From Squalus acanthias (lineage: Eukaryota): a stretch of 64,000 nt of DNA. The first letter of the stretch is position 1; each line of letters opens with the position of its first letter. The position numbers and the translations under genes were made by a program. Location: positions 155,312,001 through 155,376,000 of the forward strand of contig CM059431.1 of NCBI GenBank assembly GCA_030390025.1, given 5' to 3'. Below the pieces are notes generated by a model, which was given only the letters and a program-made list of their open reading frames with translations, had not been told where the DNA came from and did not search any database. Shown piece by piece: positions 36,430-49,229 of the stretch.

Positions 36430-36655
36430 TCGGCTGGGTCCGTGGATTATCATTGTCGGGCTGGATCAGTGGGGTATTGCTGTTGTGCTGCATGAGTAGG
36501 CTTTCGGAGTGCGGCAGGTTCATTGGGTTGTCGGTGTGGGGCTGGTTCAGTGGGGTGTCGGTGTGTGTCTGGATCAGTGGGGTGTGTGGCTGGGTCAGTG
36601 CGGTGTCGCTTTGGGGATGGGTCAGTGGGGTGTCGGTGTGCGGCGGTGTCAGAGG
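36430..36655 (+). repeat. G-rich minisatellite (short copy with both flanks intact)
   Basis: Same family; followed by gacggatgaacaacagcac as at 7770. Confidence 0.85.
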
Positions 36656-37567
36656 GACGGATGAACAACAGCACATGAACTATACAGGTTCGGTGAGAGT
36701 GCAAGCTCCAGATTAGAGAGCCTCACTGCAAAGAAAACATGTATTTAAGGTTAAGCAAGATACAAAAAAATAGGTAGAATAGAATTGGAAGTTTATGCTG
36801 ATAGGTTTAGTTGAAGAGGGACGGGAGGAGGCTCAGGTGCAGTATAAACACAGTCATGGACCAGTTGAGACGAATGAACTGTTACTGAGCTGTGCATTTT
36901 GTGTAATTCTCTGTATTTAAAAATCGGAAATGACGTCGCTGCAATTCCTGAAGCAGTTTTGTAACAGAAGAATATCAGAAGCTTTGCTCTAATTCTGTAA
37001 CCTGCAAATAGCAAAACCCTCCGGTGAAACTGGGAGATTCCAGTCGCCAAGCCAGGTCACGTGGAATGTTTTGTGAAAGAGAAATGAGTTTAACAGTCCC
37101 TGTACCATTAAACCACAAATTAGACTTGTGTATTTCAGAGGACATTTTTATCACAGGGATATGCCCAGTTTAACACGTGGGTGAAGTGTTAGACATGTTT
37201 ATCTCCATCTCCAGCCTCCCTTTCCCATCAATGTTTTGTCGCCTCCCGAATCTCTGCCCATCTTTCTCACAAATCCATGTTTGATTCTCTCCAATCGGTT
37301 TTCCGCTCCTGCCACAGCACTGAAGGAATAATAATCAAAGTCAGAAATGACACGTTCTATGATTGTGACCGTGGTAAATTATCCCCACTCATTTTTCTTG
37401 ACCTCTGTAGTCTTTGACACGATCGAGCGCAACATCCTCCACCGCCTCTCCTCCGTTGTCCAGCTCAGTGGGGCTGTCCTCGCTAAGTTCCACTTTTACC
37501 CATCCAGTCGTACCCAGATAATCTTCATCAAGGCCTTCTCTTCCCTTTCCGGCACTGCTACCCTGCT

Positions 37568-39125
37568 ACTCTTCTTAGGCACTCCCTCGGAAACGAGGAT
37601 GACTTGCTACGACATTAAAAATGCGTTCTCAGGTGACTGATGAGTCCAATGCGGGACCTACAGTCTCTGTCACAGGTGGGGCTGACGGTGGTTGAAGGGG
37701 CGGGTGGGTGAGGTGCTTGTTTTGATGTGCGCTCCTTGCGCTGCTTGCGCTTGGCTTCTGCTGGCTCCCGGCGAAGAGACTCGAGGTATTCAGCATCGTC
37801 CGCATGCCCGTACGGGACTCGCAAAGCAAGCGCCCTACTCGGAGCTTCGACACGGCAAGAGAGCCCCAGGGTGGCAGAGGAAACGGTTGAAGGACACACT
37901 CAAAGCATCCTTGAAAAAGTGCAACATCCCCACCTTCCCGGAAGCTTCTCCTCCACTTTGACGGTCTTGGGCCAGGGATTCCCAGGTGTCGGTGGGGATG
38001 TTGCACTTTTTCAAGGATGCTTTGAGTGTGTCCTTCAACCGTTTCCTCTGCCACCCTGGGGCTCTCTTGCCGTGTCGAAGCTCCGAGTAGGGCGCTTGCT
38101 TTGCGAGTCCCGTAGCGGGCATGCGGACGATGTGACCCGTCCATCGGAGCTGATCGAACTTGATCAAAGCTTCGATGCTGGGGATCTTGGCCTGAGCGAG
38201 AAAACTGCCGTTGGTGCACCTATCCTGCCAACGGATTTGCAGGATCTTGCGGAGGCAGCGTTGGTGATAACTTTCCAGTGCTTTGAGATGCTTGCTGTAC
38301 ATGATCCATGTCTCTGAGGCATACAGGACGGCGGGTATTACTACTGCTCTGCAGACCATGAGCTTTGTGCCGGTTTTGAGGTCCTGGTCTTCAACCATTC
38401 TCTTCCTCAGGCGACCGAAGGATGTACTGGCACACTGAAGGCGGTGTTGGACATCGTCATCGACGTCTGCCCTTGTTGCCAGTAGGCTCCCGAGGGATGG
38501 AAAGTGATCCAATTTGTCCAAGGCCTTGTCGTGGATTTTGATAAACAGGGTGCAGTACTGTGCGGCGGGGGAATGTTGGTAGAGGACCTTTGTCTTACGG
38601 ATGTATTGTTTAAGGCCCGTGCTCTTGTACACTTCGGTGAAGATGCTAACAATGGTTTGGAGTTCGACCTCCGAGTGTGCGCAGAAGCAAGCGTCGTCTG
38701 CATATTGTAATTCGACAACAGAGGATGGGACGACCTTGGATCTGGCCTGGAGGTGACGGAGGTTGAACAGTTTCCCGTTTGTTCTGTAAATTGGCTCCAC
38801 TCCAGTGGGGAGCTTACTGAGGTTGGGATGGAGTATTGCGCAAGCAAGATCGAGAAGAGCGTTGGTGCATGGAGACAGCCTTGTGTGACCCCGGTCCGTA
38901 CATGACTTGGGTCTGTGGTGCAATCGTTGGTCATGGTGACGGCTTGCATGTCGTCGTGAAGCAGGCGGAGGAAGGTAACAAAGTATTGAGGGCAGCCGAA
39001 TTTGCGGAGGACACACCATAATCCCACACGGTTGACAGTGTCAAAGACATTTGTGAGATCAAAGAAGGCCATGTACAATCGTTGGTGCTGTTCACTGCAT
39101 TTCCCTTGTAATTGGCGCGCTGTAG
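37568..39125 (-). mobile_element. RTE-clade LINE 3' half with internal fold-back duplication
   Basis: LYMAFFDLT, ELQYADDA, LYASETW, QLRWTGHIVRM, C..CDRDCRSRIGLISHLRTH; aga-type tail at left. Confidence 0.95.
37794..38132. repeat. Near-perfect 141/142-bp inverted repeat with 56-bp spacer
   Basis: 37794-37934 is the reverse complement of 37991-38132 except for a 1-nt indel. Confidence 0.95.
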
Positions 39126-41027
39126 ACCATGAGTCGCCCATATAACCCCCCTCGCCCCTCACTATTTCTCATCTACATGCTGCCTTTGAAGACATTATCC
39201 GAAGACAAGTGTTCAACTTTCACATGTACGCCTAGAATTCTCTTCTGTACCTCTCCATTACCTCTCCCGCCCCTTCCACTGTCTCTGTTTTCTCAAGCTG
39301 CTTGTCCGACCGCTAGTCTGAGATATGCTACATAATTCTCCAAATAAACATTCAGAAAAACGAAGACATGGTCTTCGAGCCCCGCCACAAATTTTATTCC
39401 CTTGTCGGTGCTACCATCCCTATCCCAGCCAGTGTCTCGGATTGAACCAGACTGTTTACAACCTCAGCATTCTATGTGACGCCAAGCTGAGCTTCCGACC
39501 CGATATTCTCTCCATCACAAAGGCCGCCTTCTTTCACCTCCGTAACATCGCCCATCTTTATTCCTGCTTCAGTCCAGCTGCAGCTGAAATCCTCATCGAA
39601 TGCTTTTATCTCCTGTAGACTCCATTTTTCAAGTGCTCTCCGGGTCAGCTTTGCTCTTTTCACCCACCGTAAACGTGGGTGATTCCAAAATGCTGCTCAC
39701 CGATCACCCCTGTCCTTGTGAACCTACATTGGCTCCCGGTCCCCCAGCTCTTCCAAATTAACATTCTCATCCTTGTTAAAATCCCGTCATGATCTTCTCC
39801 CTCCCTGTCTCTCTAACCTCCTACAGCCCTACGAGCCCCCACCACCAAGTTCTCTCTGTTCCTCCGGCTCTGGCCTCGAGTGCATTTCACCCTTTGCTCA
39901 GCCCATCCGTGGCGGCTGTGCCTACGATTGTACCGGTTCTCTGCTCTGAAATTCCCCACCTAAACCTCTCAAACTGCCTCCCCTCCTTTTAAGATGCTCC
40001 TAAAACCGACTTCTTTGACCAACATTTTGGCCCACTCCTCCTTCTACCTCCTTTATTCAGCGCCCATCTTTTGTCTGATTCGGCTCCTGTGAAGGGCCTT
40101 GGGATGTTTGTCGATGCTTAAAGCTTTGTGGAAATTCAAGTTGTTGTTGTGACTTTTATGTGTTTATTATACTAGGTATGAAACAGCAGATAACTGTGCT
40201 TTACCAGGTCTCAAAATTAGTTCTAAATAAATTCTGGAAAATAACTTCGACTTTCGTTGGGAGAAATATATAATCCGAGACGGAATCGCTTTTACATTTC
40301 CACAGTGGGGAAAGGAAAGGACGCGACTGATAGTTTGATTGGACGCACGTGCGTGGACACACACACAGTGAGACACGCGCAGAAGTGGAGAATTGTGATT
40401 ATAAAACAGCAGACAAATCTACCACTTGTATGTTCATGGCCATTTCTGAGATTTTCAGACTCCTAAAGATGTTCTATAAATCAATGCTGTGCATCATCTC
40501 ACTGATTCAAGTGAAATGATTCATAACATTCTACATTAGTGTTAATATTATTGATACAGTGTTGAATGTCCTCACCTCCTACAGTGCTCATCAGTCAGGT
40601 GCTGACACCATGAGATATATGGTCAATATAGTCTAATAGAGGTAACAACCTGGCTACATCTCCATGATCACACGGACTATGTCACTGCCCAGAGAGATCA
40701 GAGGAATCACACCCAGCTCTACATTGTTTATGTGGATAGATATCATATTCATAAAGTAACAGATGTTTATGTCAGAACTCAGCAAATGCGAAATATTAAA
40801 CAAAAATCAGTGATTAAATGTAATATTATACCGCCCGACTGCAAAACCGAGTGAAGGACCATTTAATTCATCAATGTCACCCAGCTCCATATTTCCCTGC
40901 AGAATGTTCTCTACCTCAGGAATAAGGCTGGTTTTAGCCTGTATTGTGTGAGTAAATCTCACCAAAGGACAAAGCCAGTGCGGTGTGTCGGCCGATGGGA
41001 TCCCGAATGACCTCTGTTGTGGAGATC

Positions 41028-43075
41028 AACAACAACAACTTGCATTTGTGTAGTGCCTCTAAAGTAGTAAAACGTCCCAAGGCACTTCACAGGAGTATTA
41101 TAAGACAAAATATTGATACCGAGGCAAATAAAGAGAAATTAGAGAGATGACCAAAACTTGGTCAAAGAGGTAGGTTTTAAGGAGCGTCTTAAAGGAGGAA
41201 AGAGGTGGAGAGGTTTTGGGAGCTAATTCCAGAAATTAGGGCTTGGGCAACTGAAGGCAGGACCTCCAATCGTTGAGCAATTATAATCAGGGATGCTCAA
41301 GAGGGCAGAATTATAGGAGCTCATTTATCTTGGGAGATGGAGTTGTGGGGATCGAAGAGATTAAAGAGGTAGGCAAGGTTAGAATATTGAAATTGAGGCG
41401 TTGCTTAACCACGCGCCAATGTATGTCAGCGAGCACAGGGGATAGGGACGAAAATGATTGGTGCGAGTTAGGGCACTGGCTTCCGGGTTTTGGATGACCT
41501 CAAGTTTATGTAGGTTCAAACGTGGGAGGCCAGCCAGGGGCGCGTTGGAATAGTCAAGTCTAGATGAAACAAAGGTATGGATGAGCATTTCAGTAGCAGG
41601 GGTGGAGACGGGCGATGTTAGGGAGTAGGAAATAGGTGGTCTTTGTTATGCTTCGGATATCTGGTTGGAAGCTCATTTCAGGGTCAAACGTGACACCAAG
41701 GTTGTGAACAGTGTGGTTCAGCCTCAGACATATATTTGGGCGAGGTCTGGAGTCGGTTGCTAGGGAATGGAGTTTGTGGCGGGGAACGAAAAAATAGCTT
41801 CGGTCTTCCCAATATTTTACTTTTGAAAATTTTTGTTCATCCACAACTGGCTATCGGACAAGTACTCTGACAATTTAGAAACCGTGGAAGGGTCAAGAGA
41901 AATGGTGGTAAGGTAGAGGTGGAGTGATTAGCATACACGAGGAAACTGACGCTGTGTTTTCCGATGATGTCGTCAAGGGGCAGCATGTAGCTGAAAAATG
42001 GGAGAGGGGCACGAATAGATCGTTGGGGGACATAAGAGATAACGATGCGTGATAGGGAAGAGAAGCCACTGTAGGTGATTCTCTGGCTAGGATAGATAGG
42101 AATGGACCCAGGCGAGTACGGTTCCCCTCAACGGGACGACGGTGGACAGGTGTTGGAGGAGGGTGGATTGGTCAACCGGGTCAAAGGCTGCTGAGAATTC
42201 AAGAAGGACGAGGAGGGATAGTTTGCCTTTTCGCTGTCACAAAGGATATCATTTGGGAATTTGATGAGAGCTGTTTGGTGCTGTGGCAGGGGTGGAAACC
42301 CGATTGGAGGGGCACAATCATGGAGTTCCAGGAATGATGGGCATGGATTTGTGAGGTGCAACACGTTCAAGGACTTTGGAACGGAAATGTAGGTTGGAGA
42401 TGGGGCGGTAGTTTGCAAGGACGGAGGAGTCAAGTTTTTTTTTACGACTGTTGTGATGACGGCTTATTTGAAGGAGAGGGGGATAGTACATGAGGGGAGA
42501 GAGCCGTTAACAATGTCAGTTAAAATGGGAGCCAGAAAAAGGAAGGTAGGTGTTCAGCAGTTTGGTGAGAATAGGGCCGAGCGAGCGAATGGCTAAAGCA
42601 ATATTCCGCCATATCCGTTCAAGTCTGCATCTCTTGGAATTAAGGGAGCGAAGATGATCGCCGTACCAGTTGGAAAAGCTGGGTGAGAGAGAGTAATTGT
42701 TTTAATAGAGACTAGGACATCGAAGTTGGTGATGAAGGTATGGTTGAGCAGATCGGCAGCTGCAGAAATGTTGTGGTGAATGGAGGGCCAAAAGCTGGAT
42801 AGCTGAGATTTAGTAAGTGCAGTTGTAAGAGAGTTGTAAGCGAGTTTCCTCCAGGGGCGGAAAAATAATGTAGTAGGTTTGGGGGGGAAGGTGGATGTGG
42901 AAGGCTTGGTGTAGGGATTTAGAAGGGTAGTGTATCCGAGAAAGGAGAGATGAAAGGAGGCATGACGACTGCAGAGACCGATCAGGGAGGGATAGAGAGA
43001 CAAGAAAGGAGGGTTGAAAAAAGAGGACATAAAAGAGAAAAGCTTGGGTACGGAGCAGCAGCCAATATGCAGAAC
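41028..43075 (-). mobile_element. Degenerate L2 LINE (U5 copy), intact 3' tail, internal deletions
   Basis: LIHTFVSSRLDYSNAPLAGLP; (caa)n tail at 41028; endonuclease region deleted near 42900. Confidence 0.85.
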
Positions 43076-43531
43076 TACAGATACATTCCCTTCCTTGAGC
43101 TGGTGCTGCGGATAGGGCTGACAAAGCTTTACAGCGCAATCAAACATACTTACAACTTAGCTCATTTTAAAGGTATAGCCATAATCAAGGCACAAAGATC
43201 TTCTACAAGTTATTTTCAATAAAGTTGTATAAAATAATACGTTTTTCAGTCTGTACAAGAATAATAATCCAGCATTAAAATAAACAAAAATGGAGGGGAG
43301 ATATTTCACTGGGCAGCTGTCTGTGTCCCACCTGATGTGGAGTATTGATCGTAACACTCTGGAAATGCTCGATCCCGGAGCTAACAGCTGTTGTAGTGAT
43401 GGGGAGGAGGGACTTGATATCGTGTTTAAAAAGGCATCGTTCTTCTTCTCATTTTTATATTTCCATCTAACCCTCCTGTTAATATTATTTTTATTACAGA
43501 GCGTAGGGATCTGAGACCGCCTGTCACCAGC

Positions 43532-43607
43532 ATAGCTAAAGGTCCAAAGAGGGCGGACTATATTTTAATGAGCAGGAGCCTGCACATGATCAGGAGCAAG
43601 GACACTG
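43532..43607 (+). pseudogene. First-exon copy 4 with ATG->ATA (IAKGPKRADYILMSRSLHMIRSKDT+G)
   Basis: Acceptor intact (43498-43499), start mutated, 76 nt (in-frame +12), weak donor ctg|gtagct, internal in-frame ATGs remain. Confidence 0.5.
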
Positions 43608-45092
43608 GTAGCTTCACAAAATAATTTAAAATACAATTTCTGTCCCGACAAAAGGTCCAGATTTCATTACTGAACCTATAGGTCATACAGGTCGAGGGAA
43701 CAGGACAAGGGCTGTGTATAATGAGGGAATAGATAGACCAACTAGAAGGACACCGATTTCGCAGGTGGAGTGAAACCATGAGCACTGGATCTCTCCAATA
43801 GATACCTGCTAATGGGGACTGTAAGATGGAGAGATGCAGTGACTCAGAGGATGGTCCTCCTGAGCAACAGTGTGACACCAGGGAGCAGGATGGAACCCCG
43901 AGTGGGGCGGGCGTTAGAGGCAGGTTCGGAACAAAAATAGGATAGCGATAGAGGTGGGAGATTCTATAGTCAGGTGAATAGACAGACTCGTCTGCAGCTC
44001 TGAGCAAGTTCCGAATTGTATAATGCCTCCCTGGTGCCAGAGAGAACAACATCCTGGAAAAGGTGGCAACATCGCTGGGAAGGAAAGGAGTGCAGAAATT
44101 ACCGATGGCAAGAATAAGTAAGACGGATAGAAAAAGTTTTATAGAGGGAATATTGAGACTGAGGTACTAGACTTAAAACAAGGCATCAAGGTGGTGATCG
44201 CCGGATTATTTTGCACTGGGCTACTTAATGAGGGAAATATGAAGCAGGTCAATGTGGGGCTTCGTAGCTGGAGTAGGAGGGAAGGGTTCATTTTCTTGGG
44301 ACATTCGCGTGACTTCGGGAGAAGGGAAGGGACGGCCAAGATATGAACCCACCAACAACGGTTTCACAGAATAGGTGAATGGAGTGGTGGGAAGGTTATC
44401 CGCTGATATGACTGTAGCGTGGAAAATATCTGCATCTGAGACAAGAAATCGGAATTAATGAAACTGTAGGAGCTGAAACAGAATATTTATGAAATAGTAA
44501 AAATTATTGTTTTCGAGTAGTGTGAGATGAAGTAACTTGGTGTTAAAAGAAATGTAAAATAAAAATATGTCAATATTCCAAAGAATTGGATTCAGGATTG
44601 ACTGTTGCGTCTGTAAATGTACAAATCAGTCCAAAGATATTTGGAAAGTCTGTAGCCTCAGATATGTGATTTGGTATCTATAGGACCGCGCCTGCGATTT
44701 CACTGCACTGTGATTAATATTCCTGGTCATAACTTTTTGAGAATCGAGAAAAATAATTGTGGACGCCAGAATTAATAAAGTGTTCCAGGACAGTGTTAGC
44801 AGAACAACAAAAAACTTGCATTTGTATAGCACCTTTAAGGTAGTAAAACGTCCCAAGGCGCTTCACCTGAGCGTTTTCAAACAAAATGTGACACCGAGCC
44901 ACGTGAGCTATTAGGACAGGTGAACAAACGCTTCGTGAAAGAGGGAGGTTTTAAGGAGCGCCTCAAAGGAGGAGAGAGACGAGTTGAACCCAAGGATGGT
45001 CTTGGGAGCTGTATTAAGACAGATTATCCGCATTTTAATGAATATAGGGAAAAGGCACTATTACACATATTTAATAATTCGTTATAAAAGGT

Positions 45093-45240
45093 TGAGAAGT
45101 CGCACAACACCAGGTTATAGTCCAACAGTTTTATTTGAAATCACAAGCTTGCGGAGTTACTGCTCCTTCGTCGGGTGAAGTAAAGACATACAGAATCGCC
45201 AAAGCATATATAGATAGAGAACAATGCATTTGTACCTTAT
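45093..45240 (-). mobile_element. Penelope-like pLTR fragment with a mutated hammerhead (45141-45178)
   Basis: 12-bp TSD gttataaaaggt; core reads CCGACGA...GCAA instead of CUGACGA...GAAA. Confidence 0.8.
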
Positions 45241-46171
45241 GTTATAAAAGGTGTTATGTCAAATGACTAGCGGATGGCTAACGTTATAGCTAAATTTAAG
45301 AAGGGAGAAGAACATATCTAGGAAACTATAGAGCAGCCAGCTTAACATCAGTAGTAGGAAAAACAATGGCATCCCTACGAAAAGAGCAAATAGAAAAACA
45401 TCTGGAAATCAAAAATATTATAATGAATAGTCAACATGTATTTCAAACGGGAAAATCTTGTTTGATCAGATTCATTGAATTATTTGAAATGGGAATGGAT
45501 AAAACAGACAGGGGTAATGTAGTAGATGTAATATGTCTAGATTTCTAAAAGGCATTGGATAAGGTACTACTTAATAAACTAATGAATATAGTGAGAGCAT
45601 GATGAGACAGGGGACAAGTAGCAGAATGTATAGCTAGATGGCTGCAAGACAGAAATAAGAGAGTCAGGCTAAAGGGTATCTATTCAGAGTGGCAGAAGGT
45701 GGATAGTGGTTTTCCACAAGGATCAGTTCTGGGATCAATGTTGTTCACAATTTACTTTAACGATTTAGACATTAGAATCAAAAACACATTTTCTAAATTT
45801 GATAACATCAAATTGGGAGGGATAATCAATACTGAGGAGGTCTGCAATAAATAACATGAAGACATTAATGAACTTGCAGAGTGGGCATACAATTGACAGA
45901 TGAATTTCAACATAGAGAAGTGTGGTGTAGCAGATTTTGGTGATAAATGTAAGGAGGTCACATATTACTTAGAAAACTAGAATCTATATTGTGTAGAGGA
46001 GCAAAGGTATCTCGGAGTACAAATACACAAATCATTAACATTTATGACGAAGGTCAATAAGGTCAAAAGCAAACCAAGCACAATGATTTACTTGCAGAGT
46101 GATAGAATTGAAAAGTAGATAAGTTCTGCTAAAATTGTATCGAACCGTGGTTAGAGCACACTTGGAATATT

Positions 46172-46892
46172 GGCCCAAAAATTAGTGTTGCTACGCGAGA
46201 GTAAGCACTGTGTACTCTCGCGTATTCTGTCTCCAATTGCCGGTTTTCCGCATGCACTGCGCATGCGCTGAAAACCGGCACTTGGTGATTTCAAAAGGGG
46301 GCGGTTCCTAGGTGAACCGCGTGCGCACTACAGGCTGCTTTGAACACGCAGGTAAGTCTGGAAGATTTTGTAAATAATGAAAGGAGGCGTAAGAGCCTCT
46401 TTTAACAAGGTAAGTAGTTAATTAAGTATTATTTTGATTTTTTTTCAACAGGTATAACTTTTTTAGAGACTTTAAAGAATGGTAAGTTTATTTTTATAAC
46501 TTTTTAAAAGATTTTAAATTTTTTCAAAAATTTAATTTTTTGTTTAAAATGGTTAATTTATTTAACTATACTTATTTTATTAATGTGATGGTTTTTTTTT
46601 AAATTTAATTGAGGCTTAGCTGTTCTTTTGGTGGGGTATAGATTCATAGCTTTCACAGCACTTTTGTGAAAGCTATGAATGAAAGATGGTGTGCTGCCAT
46701 TGGCGCTAACTGAGTCACGTTATCCCACAGCTCGCACGAATTAACTGCGCCAGTGGGATATGGAAGCACTGCACAGCTGCTGTCCAGAACATCAAGTTCG
46801 TGCGAGCTGGGAATGAAAAAGCCGGCGCGCAGTGAGAGATCGCGGGGAAGCCTTACCCTCGCACGAAGGCTCCTTCAACTATTTTTTGGGCC
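46172..46892 (+). mobile_element. Same MITE, copy 2
   Basis: TIR ggcccaaaa/ttttgggcc, 3-bp TSD ATT, splits the CR1 HLEY|CV coding sequence. Confidence 0.9.
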
Positions 46893-47726
46893 ATTGTGTA
46901 TAGTTCTGGTCTCCATAGTATCGAAAAATCATATAGAGGCACTGGAGTAGATGCAGAAATGTTTAGTAAGGCTGATACCAAAACTGCGAGATAATACCTA
47001 TACGGAATATTTGAACAGCCTGGCTCTCTTCTCGTGAAAAGAGAGTTTTGAGGAGTGACCTAATAGAAGTCTTTAAAAGTATGAAAGGTTTTGATACAGT
47101 AGACAGTGTGTTTCCACTCGTGGGGAAGAGCAAAGCTAGAGATGATGCATCCAAGACAGTCACCAAGAAAAGACATAGTAAAATCAGTAGAAACATCTTT
47201 AGCCAGAGAATGGTGGGAATGTGGAACTCGCTACAACAGGGAGTAGTTGAAGGGAATAGTATAGATGGATTTAAGGGGAGGCTTGATAAGCCTATGAGGG
47301 AGAAGGAAATAGAAGGTTAGGCCGATAGTTACATGAGCAATGATGGGGGTATCCTCCAGTGCGGCATAAATGGACTGGTTGAGCCAAATGGCATTTTTCT
47401 CTGCTGTATATTTGGAATTCTCTGTAATCGATATGTACACAATTAAGCAATAAGAAGAAAAATAGCAATTTTCCACCTAATTCTTTTTTTGGACACGGCT
47501 CCCTTTACCGAGCTGCGGGGATTCACAATTTCGTGCATTTTACAAATCTAACACAGAAAAGCCGGTAAGCGGCCTGCGAGGGTTCACCAGATAGCTGCGG
47601 GCCGTGCAGCTTAGAGGGTACGTTGCAGTCGAGCTAGTATAGAGGGGGAGCTGGGGGAAACTCGTGGAGAGTGAATGTTTGGGGAGGTTTTGAAATATTT
47701 CCTTCGATGGTAGAAGTGAAAATATT

Positions 47727-48489
47727 GGCCCGAAAATTAGACCTAATACGGGAGAATACGCACTGTGTACTCTCGCGTATTATGTCCCGAAGTGCCGGTT
47801 TCCTGCATGCACTGTGCATGCGCGGGAAACCGGCACTTCGGGTATTGCGAAGGCGGCGGTTCCTAAGTGAACCGTGTGCACGCTACAGATTGTGCGCACG
47901 CAGTGCACTTAGTTTTTTTTCAGGTTTGAGCGTGCAGGTAAGTGTTGAAAATTTTACACATAACGAAAGCAGGCATAAGACCCCCTTTTAACAAGGTGAG
48001 TAGTTAATTAAGTATTATTTTAATTTTTTTTCAGCAGGTTTATCTTTTTTAGAGACTTTAAAGAAAGGTAAGTTTATTTTTATAACTTTTGAAAAGAATT
48101 TAAATGTTTTCAAAAATTTAATTTTTTGCTTAAAGCGGTTAATTTATTTAACTATAGTTATTTTATTAATGTGATGGATTTTTTTAAATTTAATTGAGGT
48201 TTAGCTGTTCTTTTGGGGGCTTGTTGTATTCATAGCTTTGACAGCTCCTCCTGTCAAAACTATGAATGAAAGATGGTGTGCTGCCATTGGCTCTAACTGG
48301 CTCACGTGATCCCAGATCTCGCATCGAACTAACTGCACCTCTGGGACACGCACACACTGCGCGCCGGCACCAGGGAGAGGCCCAGGAATTGAAGTTCGTG
48401 TGGGCCAAATCCGTAAAGGCAGGCGCGGAGTGCGAAATCGCGGGGGATCCTTACCCCCGCGGCAACCATTGAAGTCCAATTTCTGGGCC
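47727..48489 (+). mobile_element. Same MITE, copy 3
   Basis: TSD ATT/ATT; empty site gaaaatattgatgta at 31986-32000. Confidence 0.9.
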
Positions 48490-48555
48490 ATTGATGTAAT
48501 GGAGGAGGATGTGGGTCCAAATGTAGAGATCAATGTAGAAAAGGATTTGGATAGA

Positions 48556-48948
48556 GAATTTTTGAAAAAATTAAAATACTTTTTAACGGTGCTAAATATA
48601 AAGTTACCTTTCTTTAAAGTATATAAAAAAGATAAACCTGTTGAATTTTTTTTTAAATTGTAATAAATTAACCACTTACCTTGTTAAAAACGGATCTTGC
48701 GCCTCCTTTTTAAAAGCGCAGCCTCTTCCATACTTATGTTCCTGGAGAAACTTTAAAAAAAAACGAAGTTCGCTGCGTGCGCGCATCCTCTCCTGCACAC
48801 ACAGTTCATCTCTGAACCGCACCATCACGAGACCGGAAGTTCCGGGTTCCCGCGCATGCGCAGTGCATGCAGGAAACCGGCACTTCAAGTGACCTTACGG
48901 GTGAGTACATAGCGCGTACTCCCCCGACAACAGCCGAATTTCTCGGCC
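48556..48948 (-). mobile_element. Same MITE, copy 4 (inverted, truncated by a deletion)
   Basis: Reverse complement of the left half of copies 1-3, ending gaatttctcggcc. Confidence 0.85.
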
Positions 48949-49229
48949 CTTATTACGTTAAAAAAGCTACATAAATGATGCTGTTGCTGTGGAGACGGTT
49001 ATCTTGCCTCATCAACCTGATAAGTCGGGTATTTGGCTATTCTACCCAGACAGGATCTTTGCCGTACGCCATTTCATTCGGAATCAATCCATGGATCCTG
49101 CAGATATTTCACAGGACATTCAGCTTGTCCGCAACATTCTGCCAGGCTAGCTACAGTGCCATCCTGTGGGCTCGGTGCCTTAGAGTACTCTGCCCGCTCT
49201 CTTGAGCCAGACACGGTACAATGCCATCC

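Larger units (their letters stand above)
44985..47430 (+). mobile_element. Degenerate CR1 RT + 3' end (U5) with nested Penelope fragment and MITE
   Basis: Colinear with 15290-16860. Confidence 0.85.

Noticed and set aside
37835..39019. 394-aa ORF as a functional protein
   Set aside because: Frameshifted, 5'-truncated RTE ORF2; its C-terminus reads into the fold-back duplication.
45141..45178. Active hammerhead ribozyme
   Set aside because: Two core positions are mutated (CCGA for CUGA, GCAA for GAAA).
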